IMG/VR virus record: IMGVR_UViG_3300042807_000369
Origin: a virus
Strand: one strand, 5' to 3'
DNA: 61,975 bases
Shown: positions 29,513 through 39,380 of the stretch, piece after piece
How the letters are laid out: each line of letters starts with the position of its first letter
Position numbering within the stretch: position 1 is the first letter of the stretch
Notes under the pieces: generated by a model
Database searches by the model: none
Told to the model about the DNA's origin: nothing
Seen by the model: only the letters and a program-made list of their open reading frames with translations
Translations under genes and position numbers: made by a program

Positions 29513-31096
29513 ATGGCAACCGAATCTACTACACAAATAATGGCGGAATCGCCGAGGATCGAAGATGCTCGGATGCGGTTGCTAGATGAGGCAGAAGCAG
29601 TTGCCTTTGGCCTGCCAAACAAAGCAGGAGTTACTCGCCCTACTCTAGGTTCACAACTTCAACAATATGGCGCATATAACGTAGCGGGATTTACTCCTGC
29701 CCAGCAGGCCGCTTTGGACGCGGCGGCAAGACAGGGCATTGGGTCATACAACCCTTACATGGACAACGCCAATACTGCGATAGGGGCTGCCTACGACACG
29801 ACGGGGGAGGCCGCTGACGTATTGCGCGGTGCGGACACCCGTGAGCAGTTCTTTGACGCACAGGCTGCCATGGGGCAGGCAGGGCAGGCAGGCGGTAACA
29901 TCACCGCAGGTATTGGCCAAATCAATGAAGGCCTGAGTTACTTGGACAGCGCCGCACGGCGCACGGCTCAGTCCGACACCACCGATCAGTTCGGTGCTGC
30001 TCGTCAGGACTTGCAATCAGGCATTGGCGCGTTGTCCACGGCTCAAAACCTATCTGCAGGCTCCAGTCAAGCCAATTTAAGGCCTGCAACATCTTTTTTA
30101 AGTGGTGCAGTTGGGGGGTACGACCCCAGCCTTGCTGCTAAAAGTTTTCAGGACTTTAACAATCCATATCAACAGCAGGTAATCCAAGAAGCCATACGCC
30201 AAATTGATCGTCAAGGAGAGATCGCAGGGCAAGGCCTAGCAAATCAGGCAATCCGTTCGGGTGCTTTTGGAGGTGAGCGCGAGGGTATTCAACGCGCTGA
30301 GCTGTCTCGTGCGTTAGCTGAACAAAAAAATGCAGCTATCGTAGGTGCTTTGTCACAAGGCTACAACCAGTCTCAAGCTCAAGCCATGAACGCGTTTGAG
30401 CAGCAGCAAGCTCGTCAAATGCAGGCAGGACAAGGTTTGGGCCAATTGGGCGTACAACAAGCTCAACTGGGCCAAGGTGCAGCAGGGCAGTTTTTGCAGG
30501 CAGGACAACAGTATGGCAACTTTGCCTCGCAGGGCGGTGCACTGGCGGGCCAAGAGTCAGCGATCAACCAAAACATCTCGAACTTGTTGTTGCAAAATGC
30601 GCAAGCACGAAATCAGGCTGCGCAAACAGCCGCTGGCATTTACGGGCAGCAAGGGCAGCAGTTCCAGCAACTAGGCCAGGGCATTGGCTCTTTGGCAGGG
30701 CAGCAGTTTGGCATTGGCCAGCAGCAGGCACAGGGCCTTGGTGCGATGGCCGGTCAACTCGGCCAGCTCGGCGTGCAGCAGGCTGCTTTGGGTCAGACCG
30801 CTCAAGGCCTGCAGCAAAGCGACATCAACTTCTTGTACAACACTGGGCAAGCTCGCCAAGCGCTTAACCAACAGGCGCTTGACGCAACACGGGCCACAAA
30901 CCTGCAGCAAGTTTATGCGCCTTACCAGCAGGCAGGGTTCTTGTCAGACATCCAGCGCGGAGCCCCTAGCTCGCAGATGGCGACTACCATTTCAAGCACC
31001 CCTCAAGCCAGCCCCTTCCAACAAGCCGTCGGCGTTGGCTTGGGAGCCATCTCCACCTTAGCAGGTGCACAAAAAGCTGGTCTTAAACTTTTCTAA
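29513..31096 (+). CDS. Internal virion protein 2 (Gln/Ala/Gly-rich)
   Basis: A 527-aa ORF that starts at the previous stop. It is highly Q-rich and helical (QQAQLGQGAAGQFLQAGQQ...). Confidence 0.5.
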   Translation: MATESTTQIMAESPRIEDARMRLLDEAEAVAFGLPNKAGVTRPTLGSQLQQYGAYNVAGFTPAQQAALDAAARQGIGSYNPYMDNANTAIGAAYDTTGEAADVLRGADTREQFFDAQAAMGQAGQAGGNITAGIGQINEGLSYLDSAARRTAQSDTTDQFGAARQDLQSGIGALSTAQNLSAGSSQANLRPATSFLSGAVGGYDPSLAAKSFQDFNNPYQQQVIQEAIRQIDRQGEIAGQGLANQAIRSGAFGGEREGIQRAELSRALAEQKNAAIVGALSQGYNQSQAQAMNAFEQQQARQMQAGQGLGQLGVQQAQLGQGAAGQFLQAGQQYGNFASQGGALAGQESAINQNISNLLLQNAQARNQAAQTAAGIYGQQGQQFQQLGQGIGSLAGQQFGIGQQQAQGLGAMAGQLGQLGVQQAALGQTAQGLQQSDINFLYNTGQARQALNQQALDATRATNLQQVYAPYQQAGFLSDIQRGAPSSQMATTISSTPQASPFQQAVGVGLGAISTLAGAQKAGLKLF

Positions 31097-31105
31097 GAGG
31101 TCGAC

Positions 31106-33121
31106 ATGAATAAGAAAATGATGGCAATGGACGACGACATTGAAAACGTCGGCATCATGCAGGGCTTTATGGACTCCATGGCCGACGAGGACGAAGGCGA
31201 TGATGAGAGCGATCCAGAGGAGAAGCTGGAGCGCCGCCCTGACACCCCTGAAATCTTGATGAACAACCTGCGCGGCGACATGCGCTCTATTGAAGCGCGT
31301 CGTGATGAACTGGCCAACATGGTGGGCTACCAAGCAGCTACAGAGACGCCGGAATCAGTGTTGGCCATGCTGCAGCCTGTACTGGCGCAGCAGAGCGGCA
31401 TTGGCGCGTTGCCTCAATCAGGGCCCCTGGCTCAAGGGCCACAGGCCCCGATGATGGGCGGCGCTCCTGGTATGCCCCCTCCTGGCATGCCTCCAGTGCC
31501 TGCCGACATGGGCGTTCCTCCGCCTGGTATGCCTCCGATGCCTCCAGGCGCGGGCATGCCTCCTCCGCCTCAACAAGGCGGCATCGCCGAGCTGTTGGCC
31601 GGCATGGGCGGCGCTCAAGGTGGTATGCCTGCGTCTGACCAGCCTCCAGTGGCCATGGCGCGTGGCGGGCTTGTCCAAAATTTTCAAGCGGGGTCTGATG
31701 AAGAAGGCGTGACCCCTGCTGCTGAACAAGGCCCTTCTGATGCGGGAATGATGATGTTTCCCCCGGAGATGGTGGCTGCTGCTCAGCGCCAAGCCATGGG
31801 CACGCTTAACCAGCAGCCCACTCAGGCCCCAAGCATTGAAGAAGCGACCATGTCCCGCCTGCCACTGCTCAACAAGTTGATGGGCCCGGACAGAAACGCG
31901 ATGCAAGCACAAATGCTTTTTGACCTCGGACAACGGGCCTTTGGCTTTGCGGCTAACACTGACGAGGCAGGTCGCCCATTGAAGGGCAGCTTCATGTCTC
32001 GCTTGGCCGGGGCTACCCGAACACTGCCCGCCGCAATGGGCAGACAGCTTGAACAGATTACTCAGATTGATCGGCAGATCAAAATGTTGGCTCTGCAACA
32101 GGGTGAGAAGGACGTCGACAAGATTGAAGCGAAAAACGCTGCACTGGAAAATCGTAAAGGCAGTTTGCTTAACGAAGTGCTGCGCGCGCAGGCCAAGATT
32201 GAAGCTAAGAAACTAGGGGGCACCAAGCCCACCAGCATGTTTGGCAACAGCTTGGACGGGCGCATTCTGGACGCATTCGCCACCATCGGCCCAAAGATTG
32301 AAGCTGGAACCGCCACAGAGCCGGAAAAAATAATCTACAACTTGTCCGCGCAGCATTACACGCGGCTCACCCCTGTGCCAATTATTGATCCAGTGGACAA
32401 ACAAATTAAGGGATACACGATGATGAGCAGGCCAATGCCTGTGCTAGGGGGCACCCCTCTTCCAGGACAAGGGGGAGCGGGTCCTATGGTGGGTCAAGGT
32501 GGTCCAATGCCCATGTCGCCAAGTATTCCTCCACTACCTGGTGCAACCGCCCCAATGCCTGGCGCGGCAACGACATCGGCGGAGCCGGAAGCGGGCCCTG
32601 AAATCTCTCTTTGGAAAGACCGATACAAGATTTCTGGGCCATTAAACGCTGCGAAGGATGTAATCACACAACTTCCAGGGCTAGGTGACCCCTTCTCCGA
32701 CGTTAATTTGGCACGCCAGAGAGCTGGCCAACAAGCTGAACGCATTGTCGACTCCTTGCTTAAAAGCACTGCAGGAAGTGTCAGGGAGCAAGAACGGTTG
32801 GCCCCTGTAATTGGCATCAAACCTAGTGCAGTGATTGGCGGGGATGCCTATGGCACAAAGCTCATTGCACTGGGTTCCACTCTTCAGAGCATGATCCAAG
32901 AATATGAGGCACAAGGCCGCGCGGATTCGGGGCTGACGCCTGAGGCTAAGGGTCAGGCGCGGCAGCGGGCTTCTGCACTCAGACAGCAGTACGATAATCT
33001 GGGGCTTCCTCCTATCGTAATGAGCCAGGAGGAGCTTGATAAGTATCCGCCAGGCACTGAGGTTTTGTGGCAAGGCAGAACCCCCATTACTCGGCAGAAC
33101 AGAGTAACGGGCGGCAGGTAA
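31106..33121 (+). CDS. Internal virion protein 3 (PPGMPP repeats)
   Basis: A 671-aa ORF with an acidic N-terminus, a Pro/Gly/Met-rich block (GMPPPGMPPVPADMGVPPPGMPPMPPGAGMPPPP) and a MARGGLV motif. Confidence 0.5.
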   Translation: MNKKMMAMDDDIENVGIMQGFMDSMADEDEGDDESDPEEKLERRPDTPEILMNNLRGDMRSIEARRDELANMVGYQAATETPESVLAMLQPVLAQQSGIGALPQSGPLAQGPQAPMMGGAPGMPPPGMPPVPADMGVPPPGMPPMPPGAGMPPPPQQGGIAELLAGMGGAQGGMPASDQPPVAMARGGLVQNFQAGSDEEGVTPAAEQGPSDAGMMMFPPEMVAAAQRQAMGTLNQQPTQAPSIEEATMSRLPLLNKLMGPDRNAMQAQMLFDLGQRAFGFAANTDEAGRPLKGSFMSRLAGATRTLPAAMGRQLEQITQIDRQIKMLALQQGEKDVDKIEAKNAALENRKGSLLNEVLRAQAKIEAKKLGGTKPTSMFGNSLDGRILDAFATIGPKIEAGTATEPEKIIYNLSAQHYTRLTPVPIIDPVDKQIKGYTMMSRPMPVLGGTPLPGQGGAGPMVGQGGPMPMSPSIPPLPGATAPMPGAATTSAEPEAGPEISLWKDRYKISGPLNAAKDVITQLPGLGDPFSDVNLARQRAGQQAERIVDSLLKSTAGSVREQERLAPVIGIKPSAVIGGDAYGTKLIALGSTLQSMIQEYEAQGRADSGLTPEAKGQARQRASALRQQYDNLGLPPIVMSQEELDKYPPGTEVLWQGRTPITRQNRVTGGR

Positions 33122-33134
33122 CTAAGGGGCGTAC

Positions 33135-36100
33135 ATGTCTAAAAATGATCAGATTCCTGAAGGCTGGGAGCCAGTTGCACGTCCCGGCATGTCCGTAGAT
33201 AGCCCCACATCCGAGCCACTTCCCGAGGGCTGGGAGCCAGTTGCAAGTCCTGCGTCAGAGCTCGCAGGCCAAGCAGCCTTGGGCGCGGGCCAGGGTCTCA
33301 TAAGCGCCACTCCAGCAGTAGGCGGTGCGGTGACCGGACTAAAGCTGGGCCTCCCCTTTGGCCCATTTACAGCGGCGGCTGGCATGATCGGTGGGGGCAT
33401 TGCTGGATACTATGCAGGCCAGAGTGCGGAGGACGCTTACAAGTCGTTTTTCCCGGAGCCCAGCAGCCCCGATGCAAAGGTTTTCCGGGAAGCGGGCAAG
33501 ACCTTCGGCGGCAGCCTGCCGTTCGCAGCAGCTGTTCCCTATCTGCCCACGATGACTGGCAACCGCGTCAGTCGCTTTGTCACAAGCATCCGCGACGCCG
33601 CCGTGCGCAACCCCAAGACGTTCAAGACCAGCGAGGTCATGGGCGCACTTGGTGCGGGCATTGGCGCAGGCGTAGCCGAGAGCGAAGACCCGGGAGCGCC
33701 TGGTACACGCCTTGCTGGAGAAGTGATTGGCGGCATGCTCTCCCCAGGGCGGTTCCTGATCAACCAAACGGGGACCGTGATTGACGGCCTGTCGAAGATC
33801 AAAGGCAACTTCAGCGAGGCCTCGCGTGAGGCCCGCGCTGCAGATCGCCTAAGAACAATTTTGGAAGAGTTTGGGGAAGACATTCCCACGTTGATCCGTC
33901 GTCTGGAAGCAGACATGCCGATTGACCAGCTGTCCTCGCCTGGCGCAAAGCGTCTTACCCCTACGTCTGCACAGAAGACAGACAGCCTGGGCCTGACTGC
34001 TCTGGAATCGGCCCTGGGCCAAACTAACAAGAAGTTTCTTGGGGAAGCGCGAGAGCAGGGCCGCCAAGCGGCGCAGGCCTACCAGTTATTGGCGGACCGG
34101 CTGAAAAACATTGGCACTCCTGACTCCTTGGCCCTGGCCGCGCAGTTGCAAGAGGTCCGGTTTAACTCAATGATTGACGGGCGCTTGGCTGATGCTGACA
34201 GGATCGCAGCGTTAAAAATTTCCAAGATTACCAAAGACACTCCTCAGGCCCGCCGGACTATTGGCGAGACAATCAAGGAGCAGACCGAACTTGCGTTACG
34301 CGATGCCCGAGATTACGAGTCGAGCCTGTGGAAAGACGCCCTGTCGCAGATGACGCGCAAGCCTGTGGCCATGCCACCTGGCGTGCCGTTAAACGTGGTT
34401 TCTATCCCAACGCTTGCACCCGTAAACACGGTCAAGGATTTCTTGGACTACACAACAGGCATCGGCGATGCGGTGCTCGACAAGAACACCCCGGCTGTCG
34501 TCAAAAGCATCATGTCCAAGTTTGGCGTGACGCCCGACGCGATCAAGAAGTACAAAGCAGGTCGTCGTAGTGAGGAGTTTGCTCTCACCGGTCAAATCCC
34601 GGCACGCTTTCTGCCCCAAACCAAAGATTTAGACTTGTCTGAGCTGGTGAACTACCGCTCCAACCTTCTGACCATGGCGCGTGAGGCAGCAAGCAAGGGT
34701 GAAGCCAGCAACGCCAACTTCTACAGCACTATTGCGCAAAGCCTGATGCGGGACTTGGACACTGTCAAAAGTCCGGCGTTCGACGAAGCACGCACCTTCT
34801 CCAAGGCACTGAACGACGTCTTCACCCGAACGTTTGCAAAAACAGCGTCTGAAAGCGCTGATGTCACCCGCGCCGGCGCAGAGCGCTTGCCCGCTGAAAT
34901 CCTGGTGAAGCGCGCATTTGGTGCGAATGCGGATGTGACGGCCATGCGCATGAACGAGCTTGAAGACGCGGTCAAGTTCATGTCGACTCAATATGACAGC
35001 GCCGTAGCCCGCTTTGGCGCGAACAGCCCACAAGCTGCCGCGCTCAAACCTGCTGCAGACGTTTCGCGTGCAGGGGCGGCCTCTATGGCCGACGCGCAGC
35101 AGCGCGTTCTTCGCATGGGCGCGGCGGCTGCGATCGACAGCACCTTTGATCCCGCCACCGGGCGTGAAGTCACGCGCCTGAACACCACAAAACTGAAAAA
35201 GTTTGTGGCAGAAAACAAACCTATGCTGGACAAGTTGGGCATCACGCCTGATTTGAATGATGCAGTCAAGGCAGAGAACGCTTTCCGCATGGTGCAGAGC
35301 GAAAACAGCGCCCTGATGAAGCGCGCTTCGGACCAGTATGCGTTTGGGCAGGTTCTCAAGGTAGGCAACGAGCGCCCCAGCATTGCAATTGGAAGCATGC
35401 TTAACGGCAACAACCCGGTCCGGGACATGAAGAATTTGGTCAAGATGGCCACGGATTCTGACAACGCAGAAGCAGCTGTTCGAGGGCTGAAGCACTCGCT
35501 GTATGACTATGCCTACACCAAGGCTACCGGCCCTAGCGGCAAGTTCAGCCCCCAGGCTTTTGAAGACGCTTTCTTCAAACCTTTGGGACCGAATCAGCCT
35601 TCCGTCGTAAACGTCATGCGCGCCAACGGTCTTATGACGCTTACAGAGATGAAAAATCTCAAGCGCCTTACAGACCCGATGGCCCGCATCGAATCCGCTA
35701 TGACTAGCGGCCGTATGTTGGACGAAATAGTTCCGGGAAGCGACGCGATTGAAGAGTTGGTGCAACGCGTTATCGGAGCTCGAATTGGCGCTGCAGCGGC
35801 CCCTGGTGGACCAGGCTCGCTGATCGCGGCTTCCGCAGGCTCCAAAGCCGTGCGATCCATCTTTGACAAAATGCCTAGCATGAGTACCGTGACCATCATG
35901 GAAAGGGCCGCACAGGACCCTGATTTCATGGCGCTGCTGCTCAAGAAGGGCCGCACAGAGACTGAGAAGCTGCAGATTGCTCGGCAGCTGCATGGCTACA
36001 TGCTGAACGCAGGACTGAACTACGCCACCTACGAAGAGCCTGAACCCACGCCCGCTCCCACCAACCAATCGCCGCTGACAACTCAAGGCCAGGCCGCGCG

Positions 36101-36305
36101 GCTGCTACGCCAACTCCCCCAGGCCCCGTCTACCCGGGGGGTCCCAGGGCTCAACCTTGCCCCCAAACCAGCAGGCCAGCCGGCCGCGTCAAACAACGCC
36201 CCTGCAAACCCTTCCGCGCGGTCTCAGTTCCAAGCGCTGTTCCCAAATGACAGCATTAGTGGTCTGGCTGCGCAGCAGGCACAGCAGCCGCCTGTGCCGC
36301 AGTAA
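33135..36305 (+). CDS. Internal virion protein 4 (largest, 1056 aa)
   Basis: The size and position (last of the structural operon) resemble T7 gp16-class proteins. It has an N-terminal duplicated PEGWEPVA motif and then a Gly-rich hydrophobic segment. I recognised no transglycosylase motif. Confidence 0.5.
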   Translation: MSKNDQIPEGWEPVARPGMSVDSPTSEPLPEGWEPVASPASELAGQAALGAGQGLISATPAVGGAVTGLKLGLPFGPFTAAAGMIGGGIAGYYAGQSAEDAYKSFFPEPSSPDAKVFREAGKTFGGSLPFAAAVPYLPTMTGNRVSRFVTSIRDAAVRNPKTFKTSEVMGALGAGIGAGVAESEDPGAPGTRLAGEVIGGMLSPGRFLINQTGTVIDGLSKIKGNFSEASREARAADRLRTILEEFGEDIPTLIRRLEADMPIDQLSSPGAKRLTPTSAQKTDSLGLTALESALGQTNKKFLGEAREQGRQAAQAYQLLADRLKNIGTPDSLALAAQLQEVRFNSMIDGRLADADRIAALKISKITKDTPQARRTIGETIKEQTELALRDARDYESSLWKDALSQMTRKPVAMPPGVPLNVVSIPTLAPVNTVKDFLDYTTGIGDAVLDKNTPAVVKSIMSKFGVTPDAIKKYKAGRRSEEFALTGQIPARFLPQTKDLDLSELVNYRSNLLTMAREAASKGEASNANFYSTIAQSLMRDLDTVKSPAFDEARTFSKALNDVFTRTFAKTASESADVTRAGAERLPAEILVKRAFGANADVTAMRMNELEDAVKFMSTQYDSAVARFGANSPQAAALKPAADVSRAGAASMADAQQRVLRMGAAAAIDSTFDPATGREVTRLNTTKLKKFVAENKPMLDKLGITPDLNDAVKAENAFRMVQSENSALMKRASDQYAFGQVLKVGNERPSIAIGSMLNGNNPVRDMKNLVKMATDSDNAEAAVRGLKHSLYDYAYTKATGPSGKFSPQAFEDAFFKPLGPNQPSVVNVMRANGLMTLTEMKNLKRLTDPMARIESAMTSGRMLDEIVPGSDAIEELVQRVIGARIGAAAAPGGPGSLIAASAGSKAVRSIFDKMPSMSTVTIMERAAQDPDFMALLLKKGRTETEKLQIARQLHGYMLNAGLNYATYEEPEPTPAPTNQSPLTTQGQAARLLRQLPQAPSTRGVPGLNLAPKPAGQPAASNNAPANPSARSQFQALFPNDSISGLAAQQAQQPPVPQ

Positions 36306-36963
36306 GTCTTGCCATCCACTGGGTCTTGAAGTTTCGCCACTCTCGACCCGTGGTGGTGAACTCCTGCGTGGTGCCGTCCTGCACCGCGATCAGTACGGCG
36401 CCAAAGTCAATGTTGGTGCCGTGCATCCAGTCATGGGCCGTGGCGTAAGCCGCGAGCTGGTGGAAGTAATCGGTGATGTGCTCGTAGCGCTTAGGCTTGA
36501 CGGACTGCTTGAAGTCCACGATGGCCAGCTTGCCACGGTACGTGGCCACCAGGTCAGTGGAGCCAGCATATTGCTGACCGTAATGCAGTGACACCTCCGA
36601 GCCGTGGATCGCGGAGATCGCACCGAAGTACCGGTTGGCCAGGCGAAAGGCCATCTCGTAGCCCCTCAAGGCCAGCCAGTCAGGGCTCACGGCCCACGGC
36701 TCGCCGCTCAAGATGTGCTCCAGCGCCAAGTGCATGTGCGTGCCCACATGCGCTGCTTCCCCTTTTTGCCGATCGGCCTCGGCCTGGCCAACTCTGTCCG
36801 CCCACTCCTTGAGCGCCGCCTTGTCCTTGGTGCGGTCCAAGATGGTTGTCACCGACGGGACACGGCTGCCGTCAGGCAGTGCGTACATGCGGCCGGTGGG
36901 CGCGTCGATGCGCTCGAGCTTTTTGTAGTCAAAGCTCTTTGACCAGGGGATCAGATGAGCCAT
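36256..36963 (-). CDS. PD-(D/E)XK family exonuclease
   Basis: GSTDLVATYRGKLAIVDFKQS (D...(D/E)xK core), upstream GTHMHLALE and downstream QLAAY, at 235 aa. The 3' end overlaps the convergent 33135..36305 by 50 nt. Confidence 0.7.
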   Translation of the reverse strand: MAHLIPWSKSFDYKKLERIDAPTGRMYALPDGSRVPSVTTILDRTKDKAALKEWADRVGQAEADRQKGEAAHVGTHMHLALEHILSGEPWAVSPDWLALRGYEMAFRLANRYFGAISAIHGSEVSLHYGQQYAGSTDLVATYRGKLAIVDFKQSVKPKRYEHITDYFHQLAAYATAHDWMHGTNIDFGAVLIAVQDGTTQEFTTTGREWRNFKTQWMARLTAAQAAAVPAAQPDH

Positions 36964-38402
36964 TGTTTGAAGTCCTCTCCCAGCACCTGGGTTGCGATGT
37001 CGATCTTGCTGCGCAGCGCCTTGACGATCTTCTCGTCCACGGTGCCCACGGCGATCAGGTCAATGTAGGTGACGTTCTTGGTCTGGCCAATGCGGTGTGC
37101 ACGGTCCTCGGACTGCAGGCGCTTTTCCAAGTCAAAGCTGTTGCTGTAGTAGACCATCGTGCTGGCTGCCGTCAGGGTCAGGCCGTAGCCGCCCGTGCTG
37201 GGGTTGCCGACAAAGAAGCGCAGCTCGCTGTCAGGATTCTGAAAGTCATTGACGATGCGCTGGCGCTCCTCCGACTCGGTGTCGCCGTAGTAGGTGGCCA
37301 CACTGTTCATGCCGTACTCCTTGGCCAGGGCCAGCTTGATGGCCTCGATGTCGTGGCGGTAGTTGGCCCAGATGATGATCTTGCCGTCCGTCTCCTCGAC
37401 AACCGCCAGCAACTCGTCCATGCGCTTGTTGGGCAGCTCCACCACAGTGCCGTCATCGAGCTTCACGTGACCGCAGACGATCTGGTGCAGGCGCATGATC
37501 TGGGTGAGGGCGTTCACGGTGCTCACAATACCGCCGTCAATCTGCGCCAGGGCCAGGGCCTTCATTTCGTTGTAGGCCTTGATCTGCTCGGGCGTCAGGT
37601 CCACCTCGCGCTTGACATAGAGCTTGTCTGGCAGGTCCAGGCACTCCTCCTTCTTCACGCGAAACGCGAAGCGGTCGAGCTTTTCCTTAAGCTCGTCCAG
37701 GCGGCGGTAGCCCACGACCTGCTTGAAGCTGTGGGTGTTGAGCTGGCGCTCCACGGTGACGCAGTAGCGGGCCTGGAACACGTAGAAGCTGCTCACATTC
37801 AGGCAACCGTCAGACAAGAATGCACACTGCTGGTAGAGGTCCATCGGGCTTTTGGTGACCGGGGAGCCTGTGAGGATGCGCCTGTACCGCGCGCCACGGC
37901 CCACCTTCTCGGTGTTTTTGCTGCGCGCAGAGGTGTGCGTCTTGATGGTGGTGCTCTCGTCGATCGCCATCATGGCGTTGTGCACCAGCAAGAAACGCTT
38001 GGCAAAGGCCGTGCCCTTGGCAGTGCTGAACGCCTCAACGTTCATGACCAGGATTTTGAGGTCCTCGGTGACGGTGAACAGCTCGTCCATCGCCTTTTGC
38101 TCGGCCTTCCTGGGCGACGGCGACCAGATGGCCATGCGGTGGACGATGTGGTCAGGCAGGTGCTTGGGGATTTCGGTGTCAAACCAGTTGCGGTAGACGC
38201 CCTTTGGCGCTACGATCAAAAACCCGTTGATCTTGCCCTTGTCATAGAGCATGGCCACGTTGTTGATCAGCATGAAGCTCTTGCCTGTGCCCATGTCGGC
38301 GAACAGCGCTGCCACTGGGAAGTCCCAGAAGCGCTGAAGGTAAGCCTGCTGATGTACGAAGGGCTTGTTCTTGAATGGGTAGGTCGATAAAAATTGGTCC
38401 AT
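36951..38402 (-). CDS. SNF2-family helicase/ATPase
   Basis: Motifs DMGTGKS (I), AIDESTTIK (II), LTGSPVTKSPMDLYQQ (III) and QSEDRAHRIGQTKNV (VI). The start is set at ATG 38402 (MDQFLSTYPF...), preceded by agagaga. The track extension to 38486 would consume the divergent promoter region. Confidence 0.9.
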   Translation of the reverse strand: MDQFLSTYPFKNKPFVHQQAYLQRFWDFPVAALFADMGTGKSFMLINNVAMLYDKGKINGFLIVAPKGVYRNWFDTEIPKHLPDHIVHRMAIWSPSPRKAEQKAMDELFTVTEDLKILVMNVEAFSTAKGTAFAKRFLLVHNAMMAIDESTTIKTHTSARSKNTEKVGRGARYRRILTGSPVTKSPMDLYQQCAFLSDGCLNVSSFYVFQARYCVTVERQLNTHSFKQVVGYRRLDELKEKLDRFAFRVKKEECLDLPDKLYVKREVDLTPEQIKAYNEMKALALAQIDGGIVSTVNALTQIMRLHQIVCGHVKLDDGTVVELPNKRMDELLAVVEETDGKIIIWANYRHDIEAIKLALAKEYGMNSVATYYGDTESEERQRIVNDFQNPDSELRFFVGNPSTGGYGLTLTAASTMVYYSNSFDLEKRLQSEDRAHRIGQTKNVTYIDLIAVGTVDEKIVKALRSKIDIATQVLGEDFKQWLI

Positions 38403-38425
38403 GTGTTCTCTCTTTCTTGCAGGGG

Positions 38426-38455
38426 TTGCAACCACCTGAAAAGATAGTGTACACT
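38426..38455 (+). promoter_or_regulatory. Possible promoter of the replication operon (divergent region)
   Basis: TTGCAA-N18-TACACT lies about 30 nt upstream of the AAAGGAGAAA RBS and GTG 38487. Confidence 0.3.
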
Positions 38456-38486
38456 GGTCGCTCGAATTCAGAAAGGAGAAATTCAC

Positions 38487-38831
38487 GTGCCAAAGGTTTA
38501 CGTCGTCTCAGAGACTACGCAACACAACATCGCAAGCGCTCTGGACTATGGCCAGATCGAAACTATTCTGCCGCCCAACGCGCAGATTGCTTTCTCTGTT
38601 GTACCGACAGTCCGCCGCATTCAGCGCAAGCTGGAAAAATTTACTGATGAGGACTTCTTGCTCCTCATTGGTGACCCGTCTGCAATAGGTATCACCTGTG
38701 CAGTAGCAGCCGCGAAGAACCACGGCCGCTTCAAGTGTCTCAAGTGGGACAAGCGTGAAAGACGCTACATTCCGCTCGAGGTTGATTTATTTAAGAAAGG
38801 AGAAATAGATGAGTCTTACGAATTTATTTGA
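38487..38831 (+). CDS. Hypothetical protein (114 aa), first gene of replication operon
   Basis: GTG start 7 nt after AAAGGAGA. Track ORF. Confidence 0.6.
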   Translation: MPKVYVVSETTQHNIASALDYGQIETILPPNAQIAFSVVPTVRRIQRKLEKFTDEDFLLLIGDPSAIGITCAVAAAKNHGRFKCLKWDKRERRYIPLEVDLFKKGEIDESYEFI

Positions 38832-39363
38832 GGATGACGCAGGTGCATTGAAGGTATCAGACGACCAGGTATCTGGTATCGCTGGTCTCGCCAAACGCGC
38901 CAAGATGCTCGAGAAGGAAATCGCCGACATGGAGCAAGTCCTTGCCGAGCGAAACGAGCAGTACCGCAAGCTGACAGAACAGACCATCCCCGAGGCCATG
39001 GCCGAGACCGGGATGAAAAAGTTTGTCATGGAAGATGGCAGTAGCATTGACATCAAGCCGTTCTACGGAGCGAGCATTCCAAAGGCCCGTCAGGCAGAAG
39101 CGTACCAGTGGTTGCGCGATCACGGCTTTGACGACATCATCAAGAACACCATCAGCGTCCGCTTCGGTCGCGGTGAAGACGAGCTGTCTGCTCGTCTACT
39201 GAATCTCCTGGGCGCGCAAGGCTACCCTGCCGAGCAAGCACAGAAGATAGAGCCCCAGACCCTCAAGGCCTGGGTTAAGGAACGTGTCGAGAAGGGTGAG
39301 CCCGTCGACACTGAGCTTTTTGGCGTATTCATTGGCCAAAAGGCTGTCATCAAATCAAACTGA
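38809..39363 (+). CDS. Hypothetical coiled-coil protein (recombination-associated?)
   Basis: A 184-aa ORF with AGGAGA RBS, placed between nuclease/helicase and SSB-like genes. No motif recognised. Confidence 0.45.
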   Translation: MSLTNLFEDDAGALKVSDDQVSGIAGLAKRAKMLEKEIADMEQVLAERNEQYRKLTEQTIPEAMAETGMKKFVMEDGSSIDIKPFYGASIPKARQAEAYQWLRDHGFDDIIKNTISVRFGRGEDELSARLLNLLGAQGYPAEQAQKIEPQTLKAWVKERVEKGEPVDTELFGVFIGQKAVIKSN

Positions 39364-39380
39364 AACAAGGAACACGAATC

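Noticed and set aside
34629-36086. 485-aa minus-strand ORF inside the largest internal-protein gene (and similar antisense ORFs at 11782..12741, 39222..40109, 51595..52227, 60704..61468)
   Set aside because: All are antisense to coupled plus-strand operon genes. They lack RBS and recognisable motifs, and their composition is typical of GC3-driven open frames.
36846-38390. 514-aa plus-strand ORF overlapping the SNF2 gene
   Set aside because: The minus-strand frame carries all SNF2 helicase motifs. The plus-strand product is Val/Leu/Ala/His/Gly-rich with no motifs, so it is an antisense artefact.
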